In this document: positions 1-9,983 of the stretch, in pieces
Layout: every line of letters begins with the position of its first letter
Numbering within the stretch: the stretch's first letter is position 1
Source of the DNA: Candidatus Saccharimonadia bacterium
GTDB taxonomy: Bacteria; Patescibacteriota; Saccharimonadia; Saccharimonadales; JALRHH01
Reading direction: 5' to 3'
NCBI GenBank assembly: GCA_023253175.1
Contig: JALRHH010000001.1
Location: forward strand, 108,020 to 172,019
Length of the DNA: 64,000 nucleotides
Translations under genes and position numbers: made by a program
Notes under the pieces: model-generated
Database searches by the model: none
What the model was told of the DNA's origin: nothing
What the model saw: the letters and a program-made list of their open reading frames with translations, nothing else

Positions 1-1472
1 GCTGTATGGGCGGGGCAGATACAGAAGTCGATGAAACGACTAAGAGCATCGTCCTTGAGTGTGCGAACTTTGATATGTATTCCATCCGCCGCACCAGCAT
101 GAAGTATGGATTGTTTACCGACGCAGTCACCAGGTTCAACAAGGGCCAGAGTCCACTACAGAATGATGTTGTGCTTGAAGAGCTTGTCGCGATGGTACAG
201 AGCCTTGCTGGCGCTCATGTAGCGAGCCAGGTGTTTGACCAGAAGTCCGAATCGGTTGAGCCATGGTCTTCAGTACAGGTTACGCCGCAGTTCATTAACG
301 AGAGACTCGGCAGTAATTTATCACCACAAGAAATCACTGGTTTTCTAACGAATGTTGAATTCAAAGTAGCGCAGGACGGCGATCTACTTGATGTGACACC
401 ACCGTACTGGCGCACGGATATCGAGATATCTGAAGATATCGTTGAAGAGATCGGTAGGCTATATGGCTATGACCGACTGCGGCTTACGGTTCCGCGTCGT
501 GATATGAGTCCAGGTGCTATTAATGAGCTACTGGCAGTAAAGCGCCTAATCCGCGGCAAGCTCGCTGCTGATGGTGCAAATGAAGTATTGACCTATGGCT
601 TTGTGCACGGTGATCTTATGAAGAAGGTCGGCCAAAATTCTGAACACGCCTTTAGCATTAATAATGCGATTAGTCCTGATCTGCAGTATTACCGGTTTAG
701 TCTGACGCCAAGCTTACTTGAAAAAGTGCACCCCAACATTAAGTCAGGCCACGATGAGTTTGCGTTATTTGAGCTCGGCAAGACGCATAGTAAAACAGAA
801 ATCGACGAAGACAATCTGCCAAAAGAATTTGAACGTCTGTCACTGGTGCTTGCAAAGCGTACGAACAAAGAAGGCGGTGCGTATTATCAGGCAAAATATT
901 ACCTAGAACAGCTCATCGGTGCAGAATCACAGCAACTTCGCTATGTGCCACTAGATACAGCCGATACTTTTAACCACGTCATGTTCCAGCAGATGTTGGC
1001 TCCGTATGAGCCAAAACGATCTGCGGTTGTGTATGCCGGCGAAAAACTCCTGGGTGTTGTGGGTGAATTTAGGTCATCTGTTTCGAAACAGCTTAAACTT
1101 CCAGATTACTGTGCAGGATTTGAACTCTTTTTAACGCCGCTCACGGCTGTTTTGAGCATAGCAGATACGTATACGCCACTATCTAAGTACCCTAAGACTG
1201 AACAAGATATTACGTTAAAAGTTGCGAGTAACGTTTCATATCAGAGCGTAGAGCAGGTGATCAAGGATGTGCTATTTGCGCTGCCTGATACATTTGTATC
1301 ATTGCGTCCACTGTCTATCTTTCAGAAAGAAGACGAGGCAGATCATAAACAGCTATCCTTCCGAATTACACTGAGCTCTTACGTTAAAACCATGACAAGC
1401 GAAGAAGTTAACCGGGTGCTTGAAGAAGTTGCCCAGGTAACGGCAGACAAGTTTGGCGCTACACGAATCTAG
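1..1472 (+). CDS. pheT: phenylalanine--tRNA ligase beta subunit, C-terminal part (5' end outside window)
   Basis: ORF is open to the window start (track 6..1472). The core and the C-terminal ferredoxin-fold-like tail resemble bacterial PheT; recognised by eye. Confidence 0.85.
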   Translation, partial: CMGGADTEVDETTKSIVLECANFDMYSIRRTSMKYGLFTDAVTRFNKGQSPLQNDVVLEELVAMVQSLAGAHVASQVFDQKSESVEPWSSVQVTPQFINERLGSNLSPQEITGFLTNVEFKVAQDGDLLDVTPPYWRTDIEISEDIVEEIGRLYGYDRLRLTVPRRDMSPGAINELLAVKRLIRGKLAADGANEVLTYGFVHGDLMKKVGQNSEHAFSINNAISPDLQYYRFSLTPSLLEKVHPNIKSGHDEFALFELGKTHSKTEIDEDNLPKEFERLSLVLAKRTNKEGGAYYQAKYYLEQLIGAESQQLRYVPLDTADTFNHVMFQQMLAPYEPKRSAVVYAGEKLLGVVGEFRSSVSKQLKLPDYCAGFELFLTPLTAVLSIADTYTPLSKYPKTEQDITLKVASNVSYQSVEQVIKDVLFALPDTFVSLRPLSIFQKEDEADHKQLSFRITLSSYVKTMTSEEVNRVLEEVAQVTADKFGATRI

Positions 1473-1535
1473 TTGGCTACAGATTACTTAACATGTTAAT
1501 CTTTATGTAAAGAAACCGTTATCGGAGGGGTATCG

Positions 1536-4397
1536 ATGGTGCAGAAAAAAGCTAAAAAGAAGGCGGCAGAGCCGACTGATAAATTTTTGCCACGAGTTGC
1601 TATGGTGCTATTTGGGCGTCCAAAGACAGTGCTGTTTATATGGTTTGCTATTTTAGTATTTGGTGCGGCAAGTTATACGACATTCCTTCGAAGAGAAGGC
1701 TTCCCTTCGATCAATATCCCAATTGCAGTTGTTACGGCAACATATGTTGGAAGTGATGCGTCAAAGATTGATGCCGAGGTCGCAAAGCCAATTTCAGAAA
1801 TTGCTATGAAGCAAGAAGGCGTCAGCACGGTTCAAAGTCAGAGTAATAGTAACTTCGCATCAATAACAGTGCAGTATGAGGAAAGGGTTAACGGCCAAGA
1901 AGCGACCAAGAAGCTCGAGGATGCCGTGAAACGAAGTGGTCTTGTACCAGGCGATGTGAGCTTAAAATACAGTGTGCCGTATTTTGGTGCTACCGGTGGC
2001 TCGCTTGAAAAAATTGATGCAGCAGTTGCGTTTTATCAGACCCCAAGCGGAAGTGACACTAAAGCGCTCGTTGCCAAGGCTGATGAGGCGGTCAAATACC
2101 TGAATGACCACAAGCCTGCACTTGTTCAAGAGTTCTTCGTGCAGACTCCATACGATAATGCCCAGGATCCTGCAACCGGACAAGTTCAGCAGATTCAACG
2201 AAGTTTTGATCAGTTTGGTCTCCGTGAAGATGGTAAAACAAACTTCTACAACTCGGTTGTAATTGGCGTAACGGCGATTGATGACGTTGATGTTATCAAA
2301 CTGGATAAGCAGCTTGAAACGGTTTTTGCACAGATGGAATCCCAGGATTCATTTAAGGGTTATCACACGGAAATAAGTGCAAGTTTTGCACCCGCCATTG
2401 AAGAAAGTATTAGTGAGCTTCAGAAGGTTCTACTCGAGGGACTACTCGCAGTATTGATTGTTGGATCAATCGTGATTGCGGTCCGTGCGTCGCTCATTAC
2501 GGTTATCTCAATGATTACCGTCATCGCGGCAACACTTGGTCTGCTGTTCCTGCTCGGCTACACGCTAAATGTTATTACGCTCTTTGCGCTGATCCTTGGA
2601 CTCTCGTTGATTGTTGATGACACGATCATTATGGTCGAGGCAATCGATGCTGCGCGGCGCAAGACTAAATCTCCGAAAGAGGCCGTGAAGCAGGCGGTCC
2701 GTAAGATCAGCCGCGCGATGATTGCGGCCACCAGTACGGCTGCGCTCAGCTTCTTGCCGCTTGCATTCGTCAGTGGTGTGCTTGGAACGTTCATTAGGGC
2801 GATTCCAATTACAATCATTTCTGCGCTAGCGATTAGCCTTTTGGTTGCGCTTATATTCATCCCGCTGTTTGCAAAATTCCTACTGCTCGGTAAAAAGCAG
2901 ATGGGAGATGACGGGGTTAAAGAGGTTGCGGCGGGCATTGAAGCTAAAATTGCACATGCCTTGACATGGCCAATGCACTGGGCAAGGCACTCCATGAAGC
3001 GGCTCTGGATCGTAGGTCTATCTGCTGTAATGATTGGTGTCCTGTTTATTGGTGCAGCAGGTGCATTGTTTGGTCAGGTTACATTTAACTTGTTCCCACC
3101 AAGCAAGGATACAAACGCTATTTCCGTTAATTTGACGATGCCAGTCGGTACAACTATCGAAGGCTCGCAGAAATTGGCATTCGATGCTGATAAAATTGCT
3201 GGCGAAACGTTGGCAGGTGATTTTGATATTGCATCATACTATGGGGCGGCCAGTGCTCAAAATGCGATTCTGTATATCGATCTAACCCCATACACTGAGC
3301 GTGGTCCAACTTCAAAGCAATTGGCTGATCAGCTTCAAGGTGAACTAAATAAGGGATTGCCAACTGTAGGGGTTCAGGTCGCTCAGGTTGATGTGGGGCC
3401 ACCAGCGTCAGCATTTAATGTTCAGATTCAGACCGAAAATAGAGAGGCCGGCTATAAGCTCGCAAATGATATTGCCGCATACATGAAATCAACTGATCTC
3501 ACGAGGCCAAGCGGTACGAAGGCTGAATTCACGAATGTGACTGTGTCTACTGAAAGTACAGTTGTGCGATCAAAGGCAAAACAGGTTATACAAGTTGGTA
3601 GCGGTTTCAATGCCGACGATACGACAACGCTTGTGACGCTTGCACAAGACGCAATTAAGAAGGAATTTGGTCAGGATAAGGTTGCGAGCTATGGACTTGA
3701 TAAGGATGCGCTGAAATTTGACCTTGGCCAAGAGGCGGAAAATCAGGAGTCATTCCAGGGTCTGCTGCTCGCATTCCCGATCGTACTACTGGTTATCTTC
3801 CTGCTACTTGTGCTTGAGTTCCGATCTCTCTTGCAGCCGCTACTCATCTTTATGGCGATTCCGTTCAGCTTGTTTGGGATCGTTGCCGGGCTGTACGTAA
3901 CTGACAACGCATTTAGCTTCTTCTGTGCGATGGGCTTCTTCGCGCTGATTGGTCTCAGTATTAAGAACACGATTCTACTTGTTGACTACGCTAATCAATC
4001 ACGCAGAGCAGGCATGGGTGCAATTGATGCTGCGACTGCTGCGCTAGAGGAGCGATTTAGGCCTCTGATTGCGACAAGCCTGACAGCCGTTGTATCCTTG
4101 ATTCCGTTGGCGCTGAGTAGTCCATTCTGGCAAGGGCTCGCGGTTGTGCTTATTGGTGGACTCCTATCAAGCACTTTCCTGGTTGTGACGGTCTTCCCAT
4201 ACTATTACCTCGGTGGTGAATATCTGCGTGCGCGTGTATCGAGAAAAGCTGCACTCATTTGGCTTGTTTCAACCATTGTAGTTATCTTCGGTATCTCAAA
4301 AGTAGCTCCGGCAGCTGCTGCTGGTGTAGGTCTTCTGTACGCGGTACTTTACCCAGTCGTAGCAAAGCTACTTACCCGCAGGAAAGCGAAGGCGTGA
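1536..4397 (+). CDS. RND/AcrB-family efflux transporter permease
   Basis: 953 aa with two blocks of multiple TM helices separated by large loops. AcrB-like stretches are present (ITLFALILGLSLIVDDTIIMVE, LIGLSIKNTILLVDYAN). SD GGAGGGG lies upstream. Confidence 0.8.
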   Translation: MVQKKAKKKAAEPTDKFLPRVAMVLFGRPKTVLFIWFAILVFGAASYTTFLRREGFPSINIPIAVVTATYVGSDASKIDAEVAKPISEIAMKQEGVSTVQSQSNSNFASITVQYEERVNGQEATKKLEDAVKRSGLVPGDVSLKYSVPYFGATGGSLEKIDAAVAFYQTPSGSDTKALVAKADEAVKYLNDHKPALVQEFFVQTPYDNAQDPATGQVQQIQRSFDQFGLREDGKTNFYNSVVIGVTAIDDVDVIKLDKQLETVFAQMESQDSFKGYHTEISASFAPAIEESISELQKVLLEGLLAVLIVGSIVIAVRASLITVISMITVIAATLGLLFLLGYTLNVITLFALILGLSLIVDDTIIMVEAIDAARRKTKSPKEAVKQAVRKISRAMIAATSTAALSFLPLAFVSGVLGTFIRAIPITIISALAISLLVALIFIPLFAKFLLLGKKQMGDDGVKEVAAGIEAKIAHALTWPMHWARHSMKRLWIVGLSAVMIGVLFIGAAGALFGQVTFNLFPPSKDTNAISVNLTMPVGTTIEGSQKLAFDADKIAGETLAGDFDIASYYGAASAQNAILYIDLTPYTERGPTSKQLADQLQGELNKGLPTVGVQVAQVDVGPPASAFNVQIQTENREAGYKLANDIAAYMKSTDLTRPSGTKAEFTNVTVSTESTVVRSKAKQVIQVGSGFNADDTTTLVTLAQDAIKKEFGQDKVASYGLDKDALKFDLGQEAENQESFQGLLLAFPIVLLVIFLLLVLEFRSLLQPLLIFMAIPFSLFGIVAGLYVTDNAFSFFCAMGFFALIGLSIKNTILLVDYANQSRRAGMGAIDAATAALEERFRPLIATSLTAVVSLIPLALSSPFWQGLAVVLIGGLLSSTFLVVTVFPYYYLGGEYLRARVSRKAALIWLVSTIVVIFGISKVAPAAAAGVGLLYAVLYPVVAKLLTRRKAKA

Positions 4398-4837
4398 CCA
4401 GGCGAGCGGTCCGCGCGATTGTAATGCGTGACGGGCATTTGCTTGTCATGCACCGCAATAAGTTTGGCAAAGAATATGAAACCCTGCCCGGTGGTGGCAT
4501 TGAATCCGGTGAAGTGTATGAAGATGCGCTTCGCCGCGAACTTGCCGAGGAAACATCGGTTGTCATTGGGTCTGCACGTCTTGTCTTTACCGAGAAGGCA
4601 GGAGACCCTTTTGGTGATCAGTTCGTGTATCTTTGCGAATATATATCCGGTGAACCACAGCTTGCACCTGATAGCGAAGAAGCAATGATCAATAAACTCG
4701 GCCAGAATCTGTATGATCCAAGATGGGTTGCAATAGCTGATTTACCCAAATTACCTTTTCTCTCCGAGAGATTAAAGACTATGCTGCTGCAATCGATCGA
4801 GACTGGTTTTCCCAGCGAGCCAGTTCAAATTGGCTAG
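4394..4837 (+). CDS. NUDIX hydrolase
   Basis: NUDIX box GGGIESGEVYEDALRRELAEETS. I chose the GTG at 4394, which overlaps the RND stop (GTGA). The track ORF start at 4259 lies inside the RND gene. Confidence 0.75.
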   Translation: MTRRAVRAIVMRDGHLLVMHRNKFGKEYETLPGGGIESGEVYEDALRRELAEETSVVIGSARLVFTEKAGDPFGDQFVYLCEYISGEPQLAPDSEEAMINKLGQNLYDPRWVAIADLPKLPFLSERLKTMLLQSIETGFPSEPVQIG

Positions 4838-4895
4838 CGCTGAGACTACGTGCTAGGGTATACTAGATTGGTCACAAAGTGAGAGGGAAAACATA

Positions 4896-5471
4896 ATGGC
4901 ATCTACTGTAAAGCCGCACCAACGTGCGTTCGCGCTGACTATTGCGCTCATTTTTTTGGCGACTACAATCGCTACAACTGCACTCGTAATTATTACGATT
5001 ATTAACGACAATAAGAACAAAGATAGTTCGTCATCGCTGACTGACTCGAGCCTTAATGCGACAGATAATCCAGGCGATGGAACAAATGCTAACTCCCTTG
5101 CAGGCAAGAAGCTCGAGAATTTTACTCCGGTTGAAAACGTAACGACGCTTCAGAGTACTGATTTAAAGCAAGGTGATGGCGAGGAAGTGAAGGCTGGCGC
5201 TCAGGTGACCGCACATTATACTGGGGCAGTTGCCGCAACTGGTATCATCTTCCAGAGTTCTAAAGACGGTGGCCAGCCAATTCCATTTAGTCTTGATGGT
5301 GTTATTAAGGGGTGGACTGAGGGCGTTCCTGGGATGAAAGTTGGCGGTATCCGTCGTCTTGTCATACCTGCTGATCTTGCATACGGCGCAAATCCGCCAG
5401 AGGGTTCTGGCATCCCTGCGAATGCAGCACTCGTATTTGATATCGAACTAACCGCGGTTACTAATAAATAG
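4896..5471 (+). CDS. FKBP-type peptidyl-prolyl isomerase, N-terminal membrane anchor
   Basis: TM helix at residues ~10-35, a Ser/Asp/Asn-rich linker, then an FKBP domain (VTAHYTG...GWTEGVPGMKVGGIRRLVIPADLAYG). Confidence 0.85.
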   Translation: MASTVKPHQRAFALTIALIFLATTIATTALVIITIINDNKNKDSSSSLTDSSLNATDNPGDGTNANSLAGKKLENFTPVENVTTLQSTDLKQGDGEEVKAGAQVTAHYTGAVAATGIIFQSSKDGGQPIPFSLDGVIKGWTEGVPGMKVGGIRRLVIPADLAYGANPPEGSGIPANAALVFDIELTAVTNK

Positions 5472-5482
5472 GAGACCTAGAT

Positions 5483-5854
5483 ATGTTACAAGGAACTAAT
5501 CTTAATGATTTCTCGCCAGTAGCTGAAGTTACCGAGCTGCAGATTATAGACACCAAAGAGGGCAACGGTGAGGTTGTGCAACCGGGCGCGACCGTGACTG
5601 CACATTACACTGGGGCAGTTGCCGCAACTGGTGTTATCTTCCAGAGCTCGCATGATTTTGGACGTGCAATTCCATTCGGGCTTAATCAGGTCATTAAAGG
5701 TTGGACAGACGGAGTCCCCGGTATGAAAGTCGGTGGAACTCGCCGTCTTATTATTCCTGCAGAACAAGCTTATGGGGCGACACCTCCCCCAGGATCTGGC
5801 ATCCCTGCGAATGCTGCACTTGTTTTCGACATCGAGCTCGTAGCGGTCTCGTAA
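5483..5854 (+). CDS. FKBP-type peptidyl-prolyl isomerase (no anchor)
   Basis: 123 aa FKBP domain, paralogous to the upstream gene. SD GGAG upstream. Confidence 0.85.
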   Translation: MLQGTNLNDFSPVAEVTELQIIDTKEGNGEVVQPGATVTAHYTGAVAATGVIFQSSHDFGRAIPFGLNQVIKGWTDGVPGMKVGGTRRLIIPAEQAYGATPPPGSGIPANAALVFDIELVAVS

Positions 5855-5961
5855 ATGCACAAAAACACAACATATAGGGTATTGCGCAAGCATAAGCACG
5901 CTATATATAATGGTCCTACAGTAAATTGAACGCTAAAAATACAGACTAATAAGGGGTTATT

Positions 5962-6210
5962 ATGGTCAAAAATATTACTATCTTCACTACAAACACCTGT
6001 GCATACTGCGTTATGGTAAAGCGCTGGTTGGGCTCTAAGGGTATCTCATACGAAGAGGTAAATCTGGACCAGAACCCCGAACGGCAGCAAGAGGCTTTTG
6101 AGATTAGTGGTCAGCTATCAACTCCAATTACACTCATTACCAAGGCTGATGACTCACAGGAAGTTATTGTGGGTTATAATCTCGCGAAGCTTGCACCAGC
6201 AGTTGCGTAA
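5962..6210 (+). CDS. glutaredoxin-like / NrdH-type small redoxin
   Basis: 82 aa thioredoxin-fold protein with a CAYC active-site motif near the N-terminus. It lies directly upstream of trxB. Confidence 0.7.
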   Translation: MVKNITIFTTNTCAYCVMVKRWLGSKGISYEEVNLDQNPERQQEAFEISGQLSTPITLITKADDSQEVIVGYNLAKLAPAVA

Positions 6211-6250
6211 AGAAATATCTGAATAATTACCTAAAGGGACGACTGAAATT

Positions 6251-7201
6251 ATGGCTGAATCACAAGTAGAAACACACGACCTCGTTATTATTGGCGCTGG
6301 ACCGGCTGCACTAACTGCTGCAATCTATACTACGCGTGAGGACGTCGATACAATTTTGTTTGAAAAAGGTGTGATTGGTGGCCTCGCGGCAATCACTGAT
6401 TGGGTTGATAATTATCCTGGCTTTCCTGAGGGTATTGCTGGGCTTGATTTGGCTGAAGGCCTTCGCAAGCAAGCAGAACGATTTGGCGCGGATATTCGTC
6501 TTGGTGAGGTAATGAGCGTTACTGATGAGGGTGAATATAAGCGGCTCGTAACCACAGATGGTGATATTCTGGCGAAGGCAGTGCTTATCGCAACCGGTAG
6601 TGATTACAAGAAGCTTGGCATTCCGGGTGAGCAAGAATATTACGCCCGAGGTGTGCACTACTGCGCAACATGTGATGGTGCGTTTTACCGCGAAAAGCGA
6701 CTTGTTGTGGTCGGTGGTGGTAACTCTGCAATTCAGGAAGCAATCTTTTTGACACGCTTTGCCGATAAGATTGATGTGCTTGTTCGTGGTGATACTATGC
6801 GCGCATCTGAGGTTTTGCAGCACGAACTGACCAAGTTCGCCGATAAGATTACGGTGCATTTCAATACAACTACTGATGAGATCGTGGGCCAGGATGGTAA
6901 GGTCACGCACGTGCTCGGAACGGACACAACAACCGGCAAGCAAGTCCAGTTTGATACAGATGGTGTGTTCGTATTTATCGGACTTAAGCCAAATACAGCT
7001 TTTCTTCAGGAAAGTGGTGTTACACTCGATGAGATTGGTATGGTTGTGACCGACGGATTGCTTCAGACATCAGTCCCTGGTGTGTTTGCTGCTGGAGATG
7101 TACGTAGTGGTGCAACAATGCAGATTGCGAGCGCAACAGGCGAAGGTGCAACCGCCGCCATGACAATTAGAAAGTACCTAGAGGAAACACCAGAAGCGTA
7201 A
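6251..7201 (+). CDS. trxB: thioredoxin-disulfide reductase
   Basis: GAGPAALTAAIY FAD motif, redox-active CATCDG, and a second dinucleotide motif VVGGGNSA. Confidence 0.9.
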   Translation: MAESQVETHDLVIIGAGPAALTAAIYTTREDVDTILFEKGVIGGLAAITDWVDNYPGFPEGIAGLDLAEGLRKQAERFGADIRLGEVMSVTDEGEYKRLVTTDGDILAKAVLIATGSDYKKLGIPGEQEYYARGVHYCATCDGAFYREKRLVVVGGGNSAIQEAIFLTRFADKIDVLVRGDTMRASEVLQHELTKFADKITVHFNTTTDEIVGQDGKVTHVLGTDTTTGKQVQFDTDGVFVFIGLKPNTAFLQESGVTLDEIGMVVTDGLLQTSVPGVFAAGDVRSGATMQIASATGEGATAAMTIRKYLEETPEA

Positions 7202-7289
7202 ATAGCCGGTAGAAGCTTCAGGCAATGTAAGATATTTACTTTATCGCCTGATGCAATCGTTTATGCTGGTTAGTGTGAGGAGGTAACGA

Positions 7290-7709
7290 ATGAATATGTA
7301 TGAAATTTGTCTATTGCACGCCCGTAGTGATAGGGCGCTTCGCGCCAAGATCGCTGGGCTACTTGATGCATCTAAAATTACTATGATGGAATGGCTGCTA
7401 CTGGGAGTAGTTGCAGGCGGTCCAAGTAAGGGAATGACGATGTCGGAGATTGCTCAGTCGCTTCATGTCACGTTGCCTCAGGTAACTGCACTTGTGAATA
7501 AGCTTCTACCGTTAAAGCTCGTTAAGCAAAAGTCTGCAAGCAATGACCGCCGTAGCCGCCTAGTCTCATTGACTAGCAAGGGCGAGTTAGTGCTCGAGGA
7601 AAATAAGAAATTATTAGATACTGCGCGCGGCGAGATATTTGCTGGCGCAAGCGAAGACGAGATAAAGGTTTACATAAAGCTTCTAGGCGATCTATCCGTC
7701 ATTGCATAG
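7290..7709 (+). CDS. MarR-family transcriptional regulator
   Basis: 139 aa with a winged-HTH pattern (MTMSEIAQSLHVTLPQVTALVNKL...DRRSRLVSLTSKG). Strong SD GAGGAGG. Confidence 0.75.
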   Translation: MNMYEICLLHARSDRALRAKIAGLLDASKITMMEWLLLGVVAGGPSKGMTMSEIAQSLHVTLPQVTALVNKLLPLKLVKQKSASNDRRSRLVSLTSKGELVLEENKKLLDTARGEIFAGASEDEIKVYIKLLGDLSVIA

Positions 7710-7719
7710 AGAAAATATA

Positions 7720-8406
7720 TTACGCGTTATAACCGTGAAAGTAGTCAGTTACAATCTGCGAAGGCTTAAGGCCTAGCTCTATCAGGCGATGGTTTGATTC
7801 TTCTACGAATACTTCCGGACCTGATATATAGACTCTGGAACCCGGCTTAGTATCAAACTGTTCTTTAGCCAAAAGTGTCATTTTTTTGCCTACATCATTG
7901 TCTTTTTCTACTTCACTAACGGTCTGAGATGCAACCGTATCGTAGATTGATTTAAAAAGAAGATCATCACTATGTTTTACGTTGTGAATGACTGATATGT
8001 CCCGGTTTTCTGTCCCGGTATCAGATAGGAATTTAGTCATGCTGCGAACAGGTGTTATGCCAATACCGCGGACTAAAAATATGATTGGAATTGACCGCTG
8101 CATAGGTAACACAAAATCACCCATTGCCTGTGATATGAGTAACTGATCACCTACCTTCAGCGAAAAAAGCTGATGCTTGAATGAGCTCATTTTGGAAACT
8201 TTGCGAGTGGTAATCGCCAGTAGTTTTTCAGTGGGGGAGGATGATAGGGTGAACCATCGATGGGTGCCTCGATCATCAGCCTCGTGCGGAATAAATACCT
8301 CTACAAATTGACCTGCACTATAGTCGAACGTTTTTTCTGGTGTAAACCAAAACGTATAAGTCGAATCATTATTCTGTTCGATTCTGGTGATTGTCGTAGG
8401 AGTCAT
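7720..8406 (-). CDS. FNR-like FAD/NAD(P)-binding oxidoreductase
   Basis: RWFTLSS (an RxYS-type FAD motif) and a GIGITP nucleotide-binding motif. 228 aa. Confidence 0.65.
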   Translation of the reverse strand: MTPTTITRIEQNNDSTYTFWFTPEKTFDYSAGQFVEVFIPHEADDRGTHRWFTLSSSPTEKLLAITTRKVSKMSSFKHQLFSLKVGDQLLISQAMGDFVLPMQRSIPIIFLVRGIGITPVRSMTKFLSDTGTENRDISVIHNVKHSDDLLFKSIYDTVASQTVSEVEKDNDVGKKMTLLAKEQFDTKPGSRVYISGPEVFVEESNHRLIELGLKPSQIVTDYFHGYNA

Positions 8407-8417
8407 TTAGGGTACCC

Positions 8418-9131
8418 TTAGCTCCGGCTTGATTGTTTGCGGCGCAGGAACTGCATCGCATGAGGATGATTTGTGGTGATTGAAATAGCTGGGAATAACA
8501 GGTTCAAAAACCAAGCAATCCATCTAAAGTTTACAGTATATACAATAATCTGCAGACCCTTCCGGCGGGCCATCCAATACGTCAGCGGATTGAGCAGCCA
8601 GAAGTTCATATCAACGCCGGTGAACTTGTTTTGTTTTGCGAACTGGATTGCGTCAAAGGGCTTTGTGCGCTCAATAGCAAAGGTTGGAACTGCGGGCGCA
8701 AGCTTCGCAAAGCGACCAAGTTCCCGGTGATTGAATGAGATAACAGTTGCATCAATAGGTTCGTAATTTTCGAGGAATTTTGCAAGGTGGGCGGCCCAAC
8801 CAGAGCCTTTGGTTTCAATAACGACAGGCGTCGTACCGGCTGCTTGTAGCGCCTCGGTGAGCGTTGGAAGACGCTCGCCATTATGCAGCACGATATCGGC
8901 CAAATGTTCACTTGCAACATCCTTTACAACGTGGTGGTGCGGACTGACACGGCTAAGTGTTTGATCATGGCTCAGTACAAACTGCTCGTCAGAAGTCATG
9001 CGGATATCAAACTCAATTGCATCAACACCGGCTTTTTTTGCGGCCTTAATACTGGCAATAGTGTTTTCAAGAGCCAGTCCTGCTGCCCCTCTGTGTCCAA
9101 TAATTTTCATCTTCTTAGGTCTAGTGTACAA
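8418..9131 (-). CDS. glycerophosphodiester phosphodiesterase family protein
   Basis: N-terminal IGHRGAAGLALENT and a GVDAIEFDIRMTSD GDPD signature. The start could instead be the internal Met at 9110. Confidence 0.8.
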   Translation of the reverse strand: MYTRPKKMKIIGHRGAAGLALENTIASIKAAKKAGVDAIEFDIRMTSDEQFVLSHDQTLSRVSPHHHVVKDVASEHLADIVLHNGERLPTLTEALQAAGTTPVVIETKGSGWAAHLAKFLENYEPIDATVISFNHRELGRFAKLAPAVPTFAIERTKPFDAIQFAKQNKFTGVDMNFWLLNPLTYWMARRKGLQIIVYTVNFRWIAWFLNLLFPAISITTNHPHAMQFLRRKQSSRS

Positions 9132-9179
9132 TATTTCTGATAGACAGCGAAAAGACTTTCAGAGTAAAAAGGAGAAACA

Positions 9180-9704
9180 ATGGCTGATTTTAATGTAGTT
9201 TTAGATCCCGGTGATTACCAGGAAGGTATTGTTAACACAGTAGTAGAAATCCCAGAAGGTTCGCGCCTCAAGGTGGAATGGGACCGCAAGCGCGCTGCCT
9301 TCACGCTTGATCGTGTGGAGCCTGCGATTTTTGCAAAGCCTTGTAACTATGGTTTTATCCCACAGACACTTGATGAGGATGGTGACGAGCTTGATACGCT
9401 GATTATTTGCCCAGAGCCACTTATGACTGGTGTGTGGCTTGAGGCTAAGGTTATCGGCGTCATGAAATTCGTAGATGACGGCGAAGTTGACGATAAGATC
9501 GTAGTTGTACCTGCTGACAATCGTGACGACGGTAATGCAATTAATTCGCTCGAGGATATTCCGCAGCTCGTAAAGCAGCTTGAACACCACTTCACGCATT
9601 ACAAAGACCTCAAAAAGCCTGGTTCAACCAAGGTGACTGGTTGGGGTGATGCTGAAGAGGCTAAAAAAGTAATAGCCGAGTGTATCGAGCGCTATAAGGG
9701 CTAG
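9180..9704 (+). CDS. ppa: inorganic pyrophosphatase (family I)
   Basis: YGFIPQTLDEDGDELDTLI and VVVPADNRD motifs. SD AAGGAG. Confidence 0.9.
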   Translation: MADFNVVLDPGDYQEGIVNTVVEIPEGSRLKVEWDRKRAAFTLDRVEPAIFAKPCNYGFIPQTLDEDGDELDTLIICPEPLMTGVWLEAKVIGVMKFVDDGEVDDKIVVVPADNRDDGNAINSLEDIPQLVKQLEHHFTHYKDLKKPGSTKVTGWGDAEEAKKVIAECIERYKG

Positions 9705-9707
9705 ACA

Positions 9708-9968
9708 ATGAGCGGAGAATTAGAACAGCGTTCAATTATAGATAGCGAGTTGTATTGGTTCGGCCAAGTTGGCAATCGTTGTCTTGATCGACCGGTCCCT
9801 CAACATCACTGTCACTCTGATGTTGCTATGCCTTCACCAATTGCTGAAGAGCAAAGAGAAAATATTGTTGATGGATATGAAGTTCGTCTTAATAGACAGA
9901 CTGGGGAGATCAAAAGGCTAGAGATACGTAATGGTCAGACTATTGAGCCGAATCCATCGGATTGCTAA
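9708..9968 (+). CDS. hypothetical protein
   Basis: 86 aa ORF 3 nt after the ppa stop. No recognisable motif. Confidence 0.4.
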   Translation: MSGELEQRSIIDSELYWFGQVGNRCLDRPVPQHHCHSDVAMPSPIAEEQRENIVDGYEVRLNRQTGEIKRLEIRNGQTIEPNPSDC

Positions 9969-9983
9969 GAGGGCAAAACTTGT

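Noticed and set aside
4259-4393. 5' extension of the NUDIX ORF
   Set aside because: It lies inside the 3' end of the RND gene in another frame. NUDIX homology starts near the GTG at 4394.
6311-6943. 210-aa ORF antisense to trxB, and the similar long antisense or alternate-frame ORFs at 2558-2995, 5486-5899, 21448-21834, 22370-22807, 41842-42375 and 50711-51127
   Set aside because: Each lies entirely within a gene that has strong motif support on the other strand or frame. Their translations are low-complexity (Ser/Arg/Leu/Cys-rich), and they have no SD or promoter. They are typical shadow ORFs.
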